A stretch of DNA of 24,332 nt. Origin: a virus (taxonomy: Duplodnaviria; Caudoviricetes). Location of the stretch: positions 1 to 24,332 of the IMG/VR virus record IMGVR_UViG_3300002092_000192. One strand, 5' to 3'. The position numbers were made by a program, and so were the translations under genes. The notes beneath the pieces are model-generated. The model was not told the origin of the DNA and did no database searches. It was given only the letters and a program-made list of their open reading frames with translations. Shown in pieces: positions 23,272 to 24,332 of this stretch; within the stretch, counting starts at the first letter, position 1, and every line of letters begins with the position of its first letter.

Positions 23272-24332
23272 TTAAGCTGTGTGTCTATAAACGTCAGTTA
23301 CATTATATGTTCTTGGATGATTAGATACAAACCACTCTCTTGCTTGATCAGCACTATTAGCATCTATAGCAGTGCGTTGAACAGCGCCATCTGGATCGAT
23401 ATACTTGATGATATATGTCTGTGCGTTGGCCATTGGATCATCTACAAACTCGCCGGGAAGTTCCGGAAGATCATCAGTCTCTCTTCTATTCTGACTTGAT
23501 GCTGTTGGGCCAAATGCGGGGTCTGGATATATTTGACGACCACCTGGACCAAACAATTTCCAAGAACTATTTGCCATTGTGAACCAACCTGCTGCTTGTA
23601 ACCGTTGGGTAGCCTGAGTATAAGCGTCCATGGCATTGTCAGCGGTTATGGTTGCTATGTATCCACCTGCACCATTGGTAACTCTGTAGAGACCAGATGC
23701 TTGTGCGCTGGCTTGTGCTTGTGCTCGAGAAGCACTATCATCAGTGATGTCGATATTTTTAATCCCTAAGATATTGTAATCGCCTTCTTCGAACTTTGTT
23801 CTGAAGTTGGCAATGGCACTACGACGGCTATCGCCACGAACTTCGATGGTAAAGTTCTCAGGATCATCTGAGGGATCAACAACACTATAATATATGAATA
23901 GATATAGGTTCGGACCTTCGCCTATCACACCTTTCTCACCAACAACTTTTTTAGCTGTTCGTTTCATCTGTGCTTGTCTCACGAAACTCTTCAGAGCAGT
24001 AGCAGGTAATGTGCCAGCACTGTACTGACTAAAATACTTAATGACATCGTCGTCGCCGCGAACCATTGGACTCATGAACTTATACAACTTCTTAGCATAT
24101 TCCTGCTTCTCTGCTTCTGGATCAGCAGCAATGCCCATTGCACGAACATAACGCAGCAATGTGTTCTTAATCTTATCTAAATCGCCTAAGTAATCTCCAC
24201 CAGCACTACGAACCTCGATGTACTTGTCTTTGATATTAACAGTTACATAACGATCATGAGTAGTAGTCAATAATGTCTTTACGAACTTGGCAGCAGATGA
24301 ATTTAATCCATCTCTGAAAGTGCGTAACATGC
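23272..24332 (-). CDS. 3' part of a large protein with putative amidoligase-like (COOH-NH2 ligase) region and small repeated C-terminal domains
   Basis: RYVTVNIKDKYIEVRSAGGDY resembles the (K/R)Y..vN.....IE.R motif of amidoligases. The frame is open to the window edge, so the start is probably outside. Confidence 0.45.
   Translation of the reverse strand, partial: MLRTFRDGLNSSAAKFVKTLLTTTHDRYVTVNIKDKYIEVRSAGGDYLGDLDKIKNTLLRYVRAMGIAADPEAEKQEYAKKLYKFMSPMVRGDDDVIKYFSQYSAGTLPATALKSFVRQAQMKRTAKKVVGEKGVIGEGPNLYLFIYYSVVDPSDDPENFTIEVRGDSRRSAIANFRTKFEEGDYNILGIKNIDITDDSASRAQAQASAQASGLYRVTNGAGGYIATITADNAMDAYTQATQRLQAAGWFTMANSSWKLFGPGGRQIYPDPAFGPTASSQNRRETDDLPELPGEFVDDPMANAQTYIIKYIDPDGAVQRTAIDANSADQAREWFVSNHPRTYNVTDVYRHTA

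Noticed and set aside
22639-23636. + strand ORFs 22639-22956, 22751-22987, 23236-23499 and 23442-23636
   Set aside because: They are antisense to - strand genes that have RBS, promoter and terminator support.
1-24332. Alternative genetic code (stop-codon reassignment) as seen in some large phages
   Set aside because: Long ORFs tile the window under the standard code, and TAG (Nudix) and TGA (90-aa gene) appear to act as real stops.

Overview
This window is from a large dsDNA tailed phage (T4-like/jumbo myovirus-type, standard genetic code, AT-rich). The + strand (1-18819) carries a virion fibre/adhesin cluster: five fibre-like genes (three with S74-type and one with a G2-type autocleaving chaperone), a gp38-like polyglycine adhesin, three tandem paralogous Gly-rich adhesin-like genes and a small assembly-like protein. 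An enzyme cassette follows directly: a U32-family Fe-S protein, a flavin-dependent (tryptophan-halogenase family) halogenase and a Maf/DUF115- or sialyltransferase-like protein. The convergent - strand carries a Nudix hydrolase, T4 gp15-like and gp14-like neck/tail-completion proteins, a free-standing HNH-NUMOD3 endonuclease with a structured leader, two small genes behind sigma70-type promoters, and the 3' part of an amidoligase-like protein. The best candidate for an undescribed system is the adhesin triad plus the translationally coupled U32/halogenase pair, which may be a virion or adhesin tailoring module. All family calls come from motif recognition by eye; no database searches were run.
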